Source: Chlamydiota bacterium (GTDB lineage Bacteria; Chlamydiota; Chlamydiia; Chlamydiales; SM23-39). From it: 35,792 nucleotides of DNA. A program made the position numbers and the translations under genes. Below, in pieces: positions 9,601-17,055 of this stretch; the stretch's first letter is position 1; each line of letters begins with the position of its first letter. The stretch lies in contig JBCDEZ010000009.1 of NCBI GenBank assembly GCA_039179045.1, forward strand, positions 1 to 35,792, given 5' to 3'. The notes beneath the pieces are model-generated. The model worked only from the letters and a program-made list of their open reading frames with translations. It did not search any database and was not told where the DNA came from.

Positions 9601-11240
9601 TGCGTTTGCGTTTTTTCAATCTTGCACTGGATCCGACTGCTATCTGGCTCGTAAAAATAGTGGGTTTCCAAATCTCCCCTCTTTTCAAAGGCGAGTAGAT
9701 TGCGTCCATCATTCGTGTAATTTCTGATAGTTGCACGGTACTCGAGATCACTCCCAGTGGGAAGTCCGTCTTGGAGATAGATAGGTGGGGAGTTGCCTCG
9801 AATATCGCCGTAAACGCGCGTTTCTCGCACATTTCCTCTAGCATCGTAAAAATAACGCATAGATTTAAGACAGTTGCCTTCCGCGTCGACCCGAGATCGT
9901 GCTAGTAAATAGTGGAGTTTCGGCCTCTGCTCCAAGGCCTTTTTCTCCATAGAGGAGAGGTGCATCTCACGTGCTAGTTTTTGTAAGGAAAATGATGGAT
10001 CTTCTCCCCATAAAAAAAGGTCTTTATGGGAAAGGCACTGCGCCTCCATTTCCAGGTAGTAGTACTCAATCGCCTCCAGACGCAAAAGGGAATCGTATCT
10101 ATAAATGGTTTTGTTGCCCGCTGCATCTACAACCTCGGTATACCCCCCTAACTTTCCATAATTTGCGGGATAGTAAGAAAAGGTGTATTTAACACAGGTC
10201 TTTCCCCCGCGGACCTCTTGGAGGCTGTGTACTTTCTGGCGGTTGATCCCCTCCCCACGAAAATAATGGATCTTCCTAGGCACCCCTTCAGGAGAAAGAC
10301 GTTCGTGGAGCAGTGTAGTGCCCGGATGGTAGATACACTTTTCAAGATGCCCCTCTCCCCGCGACATTGAATGCAAGCGCTTTGCCTGCTCACCTATATC
10401 CTGAGAATGGTAGGTGATCTTTTGCCCATCAGATGTCTCGATCTGAAGAGCGCCGTTTGCATCGTCGGTAAAGTGAAAGCGGATCCATGTCAAGACCCAT
10501 TCCGAAGCGGGATCAGTGGCTTCGATTTCAATGAGCTGAGTAGAGTAAATAGAACGATATCTGTAGAAGATTCGATTGCCGTTCGGCACTCTTTCCTCTT
10601 CTAAACGGTAGACCCAGGGCGCCTTGTCATCGATTTTTGTAGAAGCGTGCGGGATCCGCTTGTACCGGCGTACTCGGCCAGAAGCACTCTTTATTGTGAA
10701 GGATTTCCCGGAACGCACTACTCGGACAGTATCGTGCCGAGTCGCAAATTTCTCTGCCATATTCGTATAACCATATTCAACCAAATTGCGCAAAAAAGCA
10801 CTTTGATCGATACCAAAGAAAAAGTCTTCGTTAGCATTTCTACAGTTCCCCTTTTTCTGGCAAATGTACTCGTAAGGCATACCATCTTTTCCCATAAGGG
10901 AGATGCGCATCTCCTTTATGACCTTAGAGCTACCAGCCTCTTGCGCCCCCCGCGCTCCTAAAGCAAATAGGTGCTCATTTGCGCACCACCCTTTGAAAAT
11001 CCCCGATTCGCGGCCAGATACACTCAGATAGCGCAGGTGAAACTCCAAGGGTTCTGCTCCTTGCACTACAATTGTTTCGAAGGCAAGGTAGTCGCCGGTA
11101 ATCGGATTGATGCATCCATCGACTAACGCTATAGGGCTCTCCTGCAAAGTAGAAAAAAAGTGGGGGTCAGGGCGAAAAGAAGACTGTCCTGCGGAAAGGA
11201 TGATTCCAGGAAAGAACAGCAAAAAGTAGATGAACAGCAT
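6552..11240 (-). CDS. Rhs/YD-repeat protein with N-terminal signal peptide, degenerate core end and no C-terminal toxin domain
   Basis: Hydrophobic N-terminus MLFIYFLLFFPGIILSA; DGCINPITGDY (DUF6531-like); many YxYDxxGRL repeats; core end NPWRFASSRVDLQSGKIYCDRQIYAPGQGLWIT. ATG 11240 is better spaced from AGAGG than TTG 11246. Confidence 0.92.
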   Translation of the reverse strand: MLFIYFLLFFPGIILSAGQSSFRPDPHFFSTLQESPIALVDGCINPITGDYLAFETIVVQGAEPLEFHLRYLSVSGRESGIFKGWCANEHLFALGARGAQEAGSSKVIKEMRISLMGKDGMPYEYICQKKGNCRNANEDFFFGIDQSAFLRNLVEYGYTNMAEKFATRHDTVRVVRSGKSFTIKSASGRVRRYKRIPHASTKIDDKAPWVYRLEEERVPNGNRIFYRYRSIYSTQLIEIEATDPASEWVLTWIRFHFTDDANGALQIETSDGQKITYHSQDIGEQAKRLHSMSRGEGHLEKCIYHPGTTLLHERLSPEGVPRKIHYFRGEGINRQKVHSLQEVRGGKTCVKYTFSYYPANYGKLGGYTEVVDAAGNKTIYRYDSLLRLEAIEYYYLEMEAQCLSHKDLFLWGEDPSFSLQKLAREMHLSSMEKKALEQRPKLHYLLARSRVDAEGNCLKSMRYFYDARGNVRETRVYGDIRGNSPPIYLQDGLPTGSDLEYRATIRNYTNDGRNLLAFEKRGDLETHYFYEPDSSRIQCKIEKTQTHFRRTFYQRDRRGQLKKIIYDDGNTPNIEDMNGVTERQMTNYQLRSEGAFPGFVDTAEHWCVDFQTGGSRLLGLTKYTYDISGKVSKKVVCNPAGTPCYEEPKDRLLERTFVGSFATFSGANSDYILSILHKPDALIDPFKQDGWAQEFFEKVSPVEQCSWRACHYNSLDTVQEEVNDLGASTLYTHSRLGQMRTTLHAPIEANDGVVRRPTTIHQFDCNGCLTEEFIGRKLEKKIRYTLDGHPYFLQNADGTKKEMSYDLEGRLVRLVNERGVIQEYTYDGWGRCQEQRTLSPQKTLLKEKRFFYNALHLIKEIDGEGNKIFYEYNAAGRRSAKRVAGKKESYRYDSLGRLTHIFYEDTSLKFHEEYLWNSAGKVVEKKVHEDFPRNRTIFREQYTYSREGDCTATTSYVHNQPCVTQRAFDSIHRLLYTIDPEGKKTEYTYEKEQLKSGIHVEKISEKLPSGLEAIEYRDSRGTLLKTCKKQGDLVLEQERYFYDFRGNLIERRRKALARSGAYQFSKTAYQYDVMDRVEACQEFPGSGQRRNFYYTYTPTGQLHQTYKPDGVVLTSEYDFEDRLVRISASDGSVDYEYAYDLYGRPALCKNHITGMATNRCYDEQGHLDRETFENGLSLSFRRDVFGRKEEIQFPDASAIVYEYDPISLYAVHRYDKYQQRTFSHKCLQYDLAGNILREQSAFDTFYEYDSLGRLRKKSQDHFQQNIVEREESGEISLLDTTIFGESIRQAFSYDLLGLPLQESGSISVDYSDQVRYPFWNSAKVKERGEEWGNEKRIQFLYDENGNVNSEILGNTTIMYTYDALDRLISYTVYGVFKIEYVYDGYHRRVAMRVYSSEEGRWKWDYETQFLYDGEYEIGRYQNDRMVEMRIIRERSSKKIPSMLYVELFDEVYYPLQDCFGNTVGILSEDLSSLVEHSHFTLFGQETNFLGTPLLNPWRFASSRVDLQSGKIYCDRQIYAPGQGLWITRGPDRFYRAQNPKADRVIKRPCIEIAPRLHSTKKM

Positions 11241-11275
11241 CGGCAAGAACCTCTTAGAAGAAAAAAATTTTTAGA

Positions 11276-11304
11276 AATCTAGTATTTTCTCTAGAAAAAA
11301 TCAA
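11276..11304 (-). promoter_or_regulatory. Putative sigma66/70 promoter of the rhs gene
   Basis: TTGATT-N17-TAGATT on the minus strand, ~35 nt upstream of the ATG. Confidence 0.45.
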
Positions 11305-11515
11305 GACCTATCGAATGTCTTTCCATAGCTCTCTTCTATCCAAGATCACCACCTAAATAAAAAAGCTTCCACAAAGCTCGAACTAGCAGAGACTGGAAAC
11401 GGTCCTCGTCCACACTTTTCTCTCCCCTGTTTCTGGAGACAAGCGATCGAGCAAAAGACGAAACCGTTTTTTTCGCAAAAAGTGCGCACGCTAAGAAAAT
11501 TTGAGAAAAATCTTG

Positions 11516-11694
11516 TATACCCATCTTTAACTGAAAAATTGTGCGAGGAAATTTTCTAGAAACAAAAAGAAGGAGTTGTGGGAGAGTTTATCCACTCATT
11601 TCCAAGATTTTCTACGAATTGAAGAAACGGATTACAAATCGCTTTTTATCTCTACTCTGCTGCCTAGCCCAATTCTTCAAATGAAACGGGTATA
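11516..11694 (+). mobile_element. IS630-derived MITE (internally deleted element, 175 bp plus flanking TA)
   Basis: TA|TACCCATCTT...GAAACGGGTA|TA. The first ~55 bp align with the IS630 end at 22856 (reverse complement) and the last ~120 bp align with the IS630 end at 21730-21850 (reverse complement). Confidence 0.85.
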
Positions 11695-11772
11695 TATTGA
11701 GCGCTTTAATAACACCCTTAGACAGCGATGTCCAAGGCTAGTTTAAGAAAAACTCCTTCTTTCTCGAAAAAA
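11693..11772 (+). pseudogene. Second IS1-family InsB remnant
   Basis: TAT ATT GAG CGC TTT AAT AAC ACC CTT AGA CAG CGA TGT CCA AGG CTA GTT = YIERFNNTLRQRCPRLV, then a frameshift to RKTPSFSKK. 11693-11755 matches 300-361 with 7 substitutions and 1 indel. Confidence 0.8.
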
Positions 11773-12001
11773 TTTATAGAAATTCGAGAACACATTCCCT
11801 ATCTGCAAGCTGCAGAGTCTGACAATCTCTTCTTATTGAGAACAAAGACTCTCCGTTTCTAATTTCCGAGTTTGCAATACGTGTTCAACGGAAACTAAAT
11901 CTCTTTTACTGATTTTTTCGGTGTTTTTTGAGAAATGCCTATACATCAATTGGCAGTATTCTGCATAGTTTTCGTAAAATTCAAATTGTATAGGTATTTT
12001 T

Positions 12002-12523
12002 ATGGCAGCACATGTAGGTATCTCCTTTATCCCCCCGGAAGTTCATTGCGCTTTTGGCTTGCTCGGCCCTCACACAAATCCAGTTTCTGATCAACGTCCT
12101 GCAGGAAAAGGGCCGAATTCCCAAAATGAGCATTCTTCTACGCACGAACCAACTGCGCTTGTCTCCCGCTGGTTCTTTGGAGCTTCTCAGGTAATTCCTG
12201 ATTTTGCTCTTTTGGGTACGTTGATTCGTCTCCCTATTTACGTACTGGAAATCTACAATTTTGCATCCCATTTGAAAACATGCTTGGATGAGAGCGAAGA
12301 GCAGAAATCTCAGTCGCATGCCTTACGAACTTTAGGCAGTTTGGCGAGACTCATCATGATGATTTCTTGCCCGGTATTCTTGATACAATTCGATGTACTT
12401 GCTACTGTCGGCAACAAGATTGTTCCAGAATTCTTGAGTCATTTTAATGAGCAGCAATTCTGTGATCATCTCTCACAGGCAGTGCGTGCGAGTGCACGAA
12501 TTCTAAACGTTAATGCACAGTGA
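12002..12523 (+). CDS. Hypothetical protein with two hydrophobic segments
   Basis: 173 aa ATG ORF with AGGT upstream, followed by a clear intrinsic terminator; no family recognised. Confidence 0.65.
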   Translation: MAAHVGISFIPPEVHCAFGLLGPHTNPVSDQRPAGKGPNSQNEHSSTHEPTALVSRWFFGASQVIPDFALLGTLIRLPIYVLEIYNFASHLKTCLDESEEQKSQSHALRTLGSLARLIMMISCPVFLIQFDVLATVGNKIVPEFLSHFNEQQFCDHLSQAVRASARILNVNAQ

Positions 12524-12574
12524 TCTTTGATGCTTTAGAAGTTCTTCTTTGTGACTTCCAAGACTATCATTCGT

Positions 12575-12601
12575 AAGAGAGCCAAAAGGCTCTCTTTTTT
12601 T
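12575..12601 (+). terminator. Rho-independent terminator
   Basis: AAGAGAGCC-AAAA-GGCTCTCTT followed by a T run, ~50 nt after the stop at 12523. Confidence 0.8.
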
Positions 12602-12669
12602 ATTCCATTTAGGATTTCGAGATAGGAAAACACTCTTGTCCCAGAAAAACTTTGGAAGGCAATCCTATA

Positions 12670-12698
12670 TTGCAGGATCACACCGAATGCTATAAGAT
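12670..12698 (+). promoter_or_regulatory. Putative sigma66/70 promoter of the porin gene pair
   Basis: TTGCAG-N17-TAAGAT (overlapping TGcTATAAG), followed by SD AGAGGT and ATG 12717. Confidence 0.5.
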
Positions 12699-12716
12699 AT
12701 CCAAAGAGGTGTTTTT

Positions 12717-13781
12717 ATGCGTAAAATTTTCAGCTGGTTCTGTTTCATCTTACCTACATACTTAGTAAGCCTGCCCGCAGAAAACGATCCCTCTTTATCC
12801 TCCAATCCCAACTACCTTTATGAAGAAACGCAAAATCCAATAGACTTACCACGATACGCTCCCTCTCCCTCTTGGAATTTTTCCTTCGGTAGTGGACTCG
12901 TCTACTGGAAAGCGAACCATACTCCGGGCATCGGAGAAATGAAACAAAATAGGCGTAGCATGCGCACCAAAAGTGTGAAGCAAGATTATTCCTATCATCC
13001 AGGATTGCAATTTTTCGTGGTATATAGCCCGAATGAAGAGTTATGGGATGCTACCTGCACTTATACCTGGTACCGCTCACTTACAGACCAGGTTCTACAA
13101 ACAAAAAATACGCAGGTGATTATTCCGCATGTTTTTGAGACAGATATGAAAACACAGTTTGCCTCTCTTGATTGGTTAGTACAGCTGGATCTATTCGATG
13201 CAGAACTTGGTAAAGAATTTGTCTTTGAAGAGACTTGGATTTGTAGGCCGTTTATTGGCTCACGGTTTTACGTTCTCGACCAGCAATTTGCAATCGAGGC
13301 GACTTCTTTTCCCTTTGTACAACTCATGGAACCGCGCGAGTTCGACCTAGTTGTTCTTTCGCAACATTCGGAATACTCCTCTCAGTCGTGGGCTTTAGGG
13401 ACTCGCTTTGGAGTAGATGTCCACGCTCTTTTAGGATATGGGGTCCGCGCATTTTTGAATACCTCAGGATCGATCCTCTACTTTGACTGCTCAGACAACT
13501 ACCGCTATGAAACCAATACGCTCGGAGAGTCGAAGAGGTTCCATTTAGAACAAGACGAGTTTCTACGAACAAATCTCGAAATGTCCACCGGGTTTGGTTG
13601 GGGAGGACTCTTGGCACAAGACCGGATTTATCTCGACATATCTGCTCTATTCGACCTCAAAGCATTCAATGGCCACCACCTTTTCTACAGCAACTCGTTT
13701 GTCAAAAAAAATCAAGTCGATGAGGAATACGGGAATCTCTACCTCATAGGAGGAACCCTACGCCTACGCTTTGATTTCTAG
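12717..13781 (+). CDS. MOMP-like / Lpg1974 (Legionella_OMP) family outer-membrane beta-barrel porin
   Basis: Signal peptide; WD...YTW, DAELGKEF, RPFIGSR, GTRFG and GNLYLIGGTLRLRFDF motifs; terminal Phe beta-signal. Confidence 0.8.
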   Translation: MRKIFSWFCFILPTYLVSLPAENDPSLSSNPNYLYEETQNPIDLPRYAPSPSWNFSFGSGLVYWKANHTPGIGEMKQNRRSMRTKSVKQDYSYHPGLQFFVVYSPNEELWDATCTYTWYRSLTDQVLQTKNTQVIIPHVFETDMKTQFASLDWLVQLDLFDAELGKEFVFEETWICRPFIGSRFYVLDQQFAIEATSFPFVQLMEPREFDLVVLSQHSEYSSQSWALGTRFGVDVHALLGYGVRAFLNTSGSILYFDCSDNYRYETNTLGESKRFHLEQDEFLRTNLEMSTGFGWGGLLAQDRIYLDISALFDLKAFNGHHLFYSNSFVKKNQVDEEYGNLYLIGGTLRLRFDF

Positions 13782-13801
13782 ATTACTTACCGAGCATTAC
13801 C

Positions 13802-14614
13802 ATGCGCTGCCAATACCTCTTTTCTCTTCTTTTCACATCTTCTATGTTTGCTAGCCATAGCCTATCTTACGATATAGGCTATACAAGTGCACGTGCCTCT
13901 TTTAGCTTCGCAAAAGCGTCTTCCGAAATACAAGAGCAAATGAAAACTATAGGAGGCATGGCAATGCGCCTTAGCTATTTGTACGAAAAACAACAATCGC
14001 TCTACTCAGAAAGCTCTTTATTGGGAGCGCTTGCTGTCGCTAACAATGCCTCTTGCTTTTTTACCGTACAGACCCCGCAGACACTAAAAGCCACCTACTC
14101 CTACATTCCGAAAGGATATACATACGGAGCTGAACAAAAATTGGGATACATTGTGCGCTTTGGTCCTCTATGCGGCACACCTTTTCTAGGGCTTTTTCTT
14201 GAAAAAACTGTCTGGAACCGACATCACTTAGAAGCAACTGAAGGAACGGTACCTCGAAACTTCCCCAAACGAGCTCTCTCCTTGCGTAATGTGATGCCAA
14301 TATTGGGAATGCATTTTGCCTACGAGCCTTGGAAACCTCCACGATTTGTACTCAAAGCCTCTTACACATACAAACTAGGACAAAGTAGGTTGAAGACAAG
14401 CCACCAATTCGACAAGCAAATTTTTGAGGAGAAAGAGGAGGGATTTTCTCATATCCAAGAAGTAGCGGGATGGGCGCTTCTCGAAGTGACAAGGGGATTT
14501 TATTTAGGGGGAAAAATGAGTTACGAGAGTCAGTCCCTCGGAAGAAAACGGAAATTCGAGGGACTGAAAAAAGAGGTTGTGTACGCCCAATGCGAAGGAA
14601 GATATTTCTTCTAA
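13802..14614 (+). CDS. Putative outer-membrane beta-barrel protein
   Basis: Signal peptide (SSMFA|S), alternating amphipathic strands, C-terminal EGRYFF; starts 20 nt after the porin gene. Confidence 0.65.
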   Translation: MRCQYLFSLLFTSSMFASHSLSYDIGYTSARASFSFAKASSEIQEQMKTIGGMAMRLSYLYEKQQSLYSESSLLGALAVANNASCFFTVQTPQTLKATYSYIPKGYTYGAEQKLGYIVRFGPLCGTPFLGLFLEKTVWNRHHLEATEGTVPRNFPKRALSLRNVMPILGMHFAYEPWKPPRFVLKASYTYKLGQSRLKTSHQFDKQIFEEKEEGFSHIQEVAGWALLEVTRGFYLGGKMSYESQSLGRKRKFEGLKKEVVYAQCEGRYFF

Positions 14615-15012
14615 CGCTTGGAGAATTGGTAGCGCTTTCTCGCTCCAGCCAATCCGTATTTTTTCCGCTCTTTTCTTCTAGGATCTCTCGTTAGGTATTG
14701 CAGATCTTTCAACGCCTTCCGCAGCTCCTCTTTCTCTGCTACCAGGGCTCGCGCAACTCCTAGTCTCACTGCTATTGTCTGAGCCTCAAGTCCTCCTCCA
14801 CTCACACGGACAAGAACGTCGTATTGATTCTCTAAAGAAAAATGCACCAGGGGAGATTTGAGAGTCTCTTGCATGGAAGAAATCTTAAAATAGTCAACGA
14901 AAGGCTTACCGTTTACAACAATCTTTCCTGATCCTGGCCTAAGCCTGACTGATGCGACCGCAGTCTTCCTTCTACCGACACCGATGGTCTCTTTTATAGA
15001 TGATTTTTTCAT
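14611..15012 (-). CDS. rpsI: 30S ribosomal protein S9
   Basis: GRRKTAVA, VSGGG, LTRDPRRKERKKYGLAGARKRYQFSKR. Confidence 0.99.
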   Translation of the reverse strand: MKKSSIKETIGVGRRKTAVASVRLRPGSGKIVVNGKPFVDYFKISSMQETLKSPLVHFSLENQYDVLVRVSGGGLEAQTIAVRLGVARALVAEKEELRKALKDLQYLTRDPRRKERKKYGLAGARKRYQFSKR

Positions 15013-15026
15013 GATCCTCTGTTCTG

Positions 15027-15470
15027 CTAAATGTTGATTCGAATGGGTTGCTGCGCTTGCATGTCGTGCTCAGATCCTCGGAAAATATGCATTTTCTTGA
15101 TCTGGGCCCGGCCCAACTTTGTTTTTGGAAGCATTCCTTTTACCGCATGCTCCAAAATGTACTCTGGCTTGCGCTCTTTCATGACAGCATAAGGAATTTC
15201 TTTAAGATGCCCTACACGACCAGAGTGGCGATAGTAATTTTTTTGTGCTGCTTTGTTTCCACTGAGAAAAAGCTCCTGCACGTTGAGGACAATAACTCCA
15301 TCACCCGTATCTTGGTTGGGAGTAAAGTTGGGCTTGTGCTTACCACGAAGCACTTTGGCAATCTCAGATGCAAAACGACCCAAAACCTTCCCTTTTGCAT
15401 CAAAAATGTACCACTTTCTCTCACGCATAGCTTGTTCTTTGCTAACAAACTTTGTATTTTTATTTCCCAT
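15027..15470 (-). CDS. rplM: 50S ribosomal protein L13
   Basis: WYIFDAKGKVLGR, LRGKHKPNFTPNQDTGD, AVKGMLPK; directly upstream of rpsI. Confidence 0.99.
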   Translation of the reverse strand: MGNKNTKFVSKEQAMRERKWYIFDAKGKVLGRFASEIAKVLRGKHKPNFTPNQDTGDGVIVLNVQELFLSGNKAAQKNYYRHSGRVGHLKEIPYAVMKERKPEYILEHAVKGMLPKTKLGRAQIKKMHIFRGSEHDMQAQQPIRINI

Positions 15471-15504
15471 TTTTCTAGATTCCGATAGTCAATTATGATC
15501 TTTC

Positions 15505-15533
15505 ATCATAGGATAGAAGTGTTTTTTTTTCAA
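15505..15533 (-). promoter_or_regulatory. Promoter of rplM-rpsI
   Basis: TTGAAA-N17-TATGAT on the minus strand, ~35 nt upstream of rplM. Confidence 0.65.
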
Positions 15534-15738
15534 AGCTTTTCTCTCCTTACCTTTCCCTTCTATACCTACCCAATATCCCCGTTTTCATCCTCCCCCTTGG
15601 ACGGACATGTGTCGAGATCTTTGCTCTCATTGCTGGCTCTTGAAAGAGTAGTTCGCCTCAAGAAAGAGCGGGAAGAACTCCTGGAGAATTTTTCCATTTC
15701 ATGCTACCTTGCTTGGAAGCAATTAGGGGAAAATCCAC

Positions 15739-17055
15739 ATGAAAAAATCCTTGAAAACGTACTATTTCCGGACCTATGGATGCCAGATGAATGAACTCGA
15801 TACCGAGATGATGATCGGGACTTTGCAAAGTCGTGGCATGGAGGAGGCAAGTGAAGAGAATGCAGATCTTTTGGTATTCAATACCTGCTCTATTCGTGAT
15901 TTGGCAGAGAGAAAAGTCATGGGGAAGTTGGGACAGCTAGGCCGCAAAGGAAAAAAACAGATTATCGGCGTAACGGGCTGCATGGCAATGGCAAAAAAAT
16001 CGTCCCTTTTTCGCAAATTTCCCCACGTAGACTTCGTACTTGGAACAAACAATCTTTCCGATTTGGATGCAGTTTTAGATGAAGTGCTCGAACTCAATAG
16101 GCAAGTGCTCAGAACCGAAGACCGTTTTGAAGAGAATCTCAACTACCTGATTGCAGAGCGCAAAGATCCGATCAAGGCGCACGTCTCGATTATTCGTGGC
16201 TGCGACAAATTCTGTACCTATTGCGTTGTACCTTACACACGGGGGCAAGAAGTCTCCAGGCCTCCTGAGAGCATTTTGGAGGAATGCAGAAAATTGGTCG
16301 GTCAGGGATACAAGGAGATCACTCTTTTAGGGCAAAACGTAAACAGCTACGGCAAAGACAGGCCCGAGTGGTCTTGCCTTTTCCATGATCTTCTCTACAA
16401 AATTGATAAAATTCCCGGTCTACTTCGTGTCCGTTTCATGACTTCACATCCGGTCGATATTACCCAAGACTTGATGTATGCTGTGCGTGATCTTCCCACA
16501 TCTTGCCATCTAGTCCACTTCCCCATACAGGCAGGCTCGAGCCGTATTCTACGCAAAATGCACCGGATCTACACAAAAGAAGAATACCTTGAAAAGGTCT
16601 CCTTACTCCGATCGATTGTACCTGGAGTTGCGATCGGCACCGATATTATCGTCGGATTTCCTACCGAGACAGACGAAGAATTTCGAGAGACTTGCGATGT
16701 ATTTCGTCTACTTGGCTACGACGTCGCTTTTCTTTACACGTATAGCCCTAGAAAAGGAACGCCCGCCATGCGTTGGAAAGACGATGTACCTGAAGAAGTC
16801 AAAGCCAAAAGATTGCAAGAGCTGATGGAACTACACGCCACAATCACGGAGAAAAAACGGGAATCTTTCCTTGGGAAAAGAGTCCAAGTTCTTTTCGAAC
16901 GAAAGAATAAAGATGGGAAACACCTTTACGGGAGAACTCGCTGTTGGAAAAAAGTGATCGCTCAAGGTGATGAGTCGCTCATCGGTCAAGAAGTAGTAGT
17001 CGAGGTGACCGGTTTCCACCACCAGACGCTCATTGCGTCCCCGCTCCTTTCATGA
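15739..17055 (+). CDS. miaB: tRNA-i6A37 methylthiotransferase MiaB
   Basis: TYGCQMNE, NTCSIR, radical-SAM CDKFCTYC, LLGQNVNSYG, RFMTSHP, C-terminal TRAM domain. Confidence 0.96.
   Translation: MKKSLKTYYFRTYGCQMNELDTEMMIGTLQSRGMEEASEENADLLVFNTCSIRDLAERKVMGKLGQLGRKGKKQIIGVTGCMAMAKKSSLFRKFPHVDFVLGTNNLSDLDAVLDEVLELNRQVLRTEDRFEENLNYLIAERKDPIKAHVSIIRGCDKFCTYCVVPYTRGQEVSRPPESILEECRKLVGQGYKEITLLGQNVNSYGKDRPEWSCLFHDLLYKIDKIPGLLRVRFMTSHPVDITQDLMYAVRDLPTSCHLVHFPIQAGSSRILRKMHRIYTKEEYLEKVSLLRSIVPGVAIGTDIIVGFPTETDEEFRETCDVFRLLGYDVAFLYTYSPRKGTPAMRWKDDVPEEVKAKRLQELMELHATITEKKRESFLGKRVQVLFERKNKDGKHLYGRTRCWKKVIAQGDESLIGQEVVVEVTGFHHQTLIASPLLS

Noticed and set aside
15495..15794. 99 aa ORF between rplM and miaB
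   Set aside because: Overlaps the rplM promoter and the miaB start, is low complexity and has no family signal.
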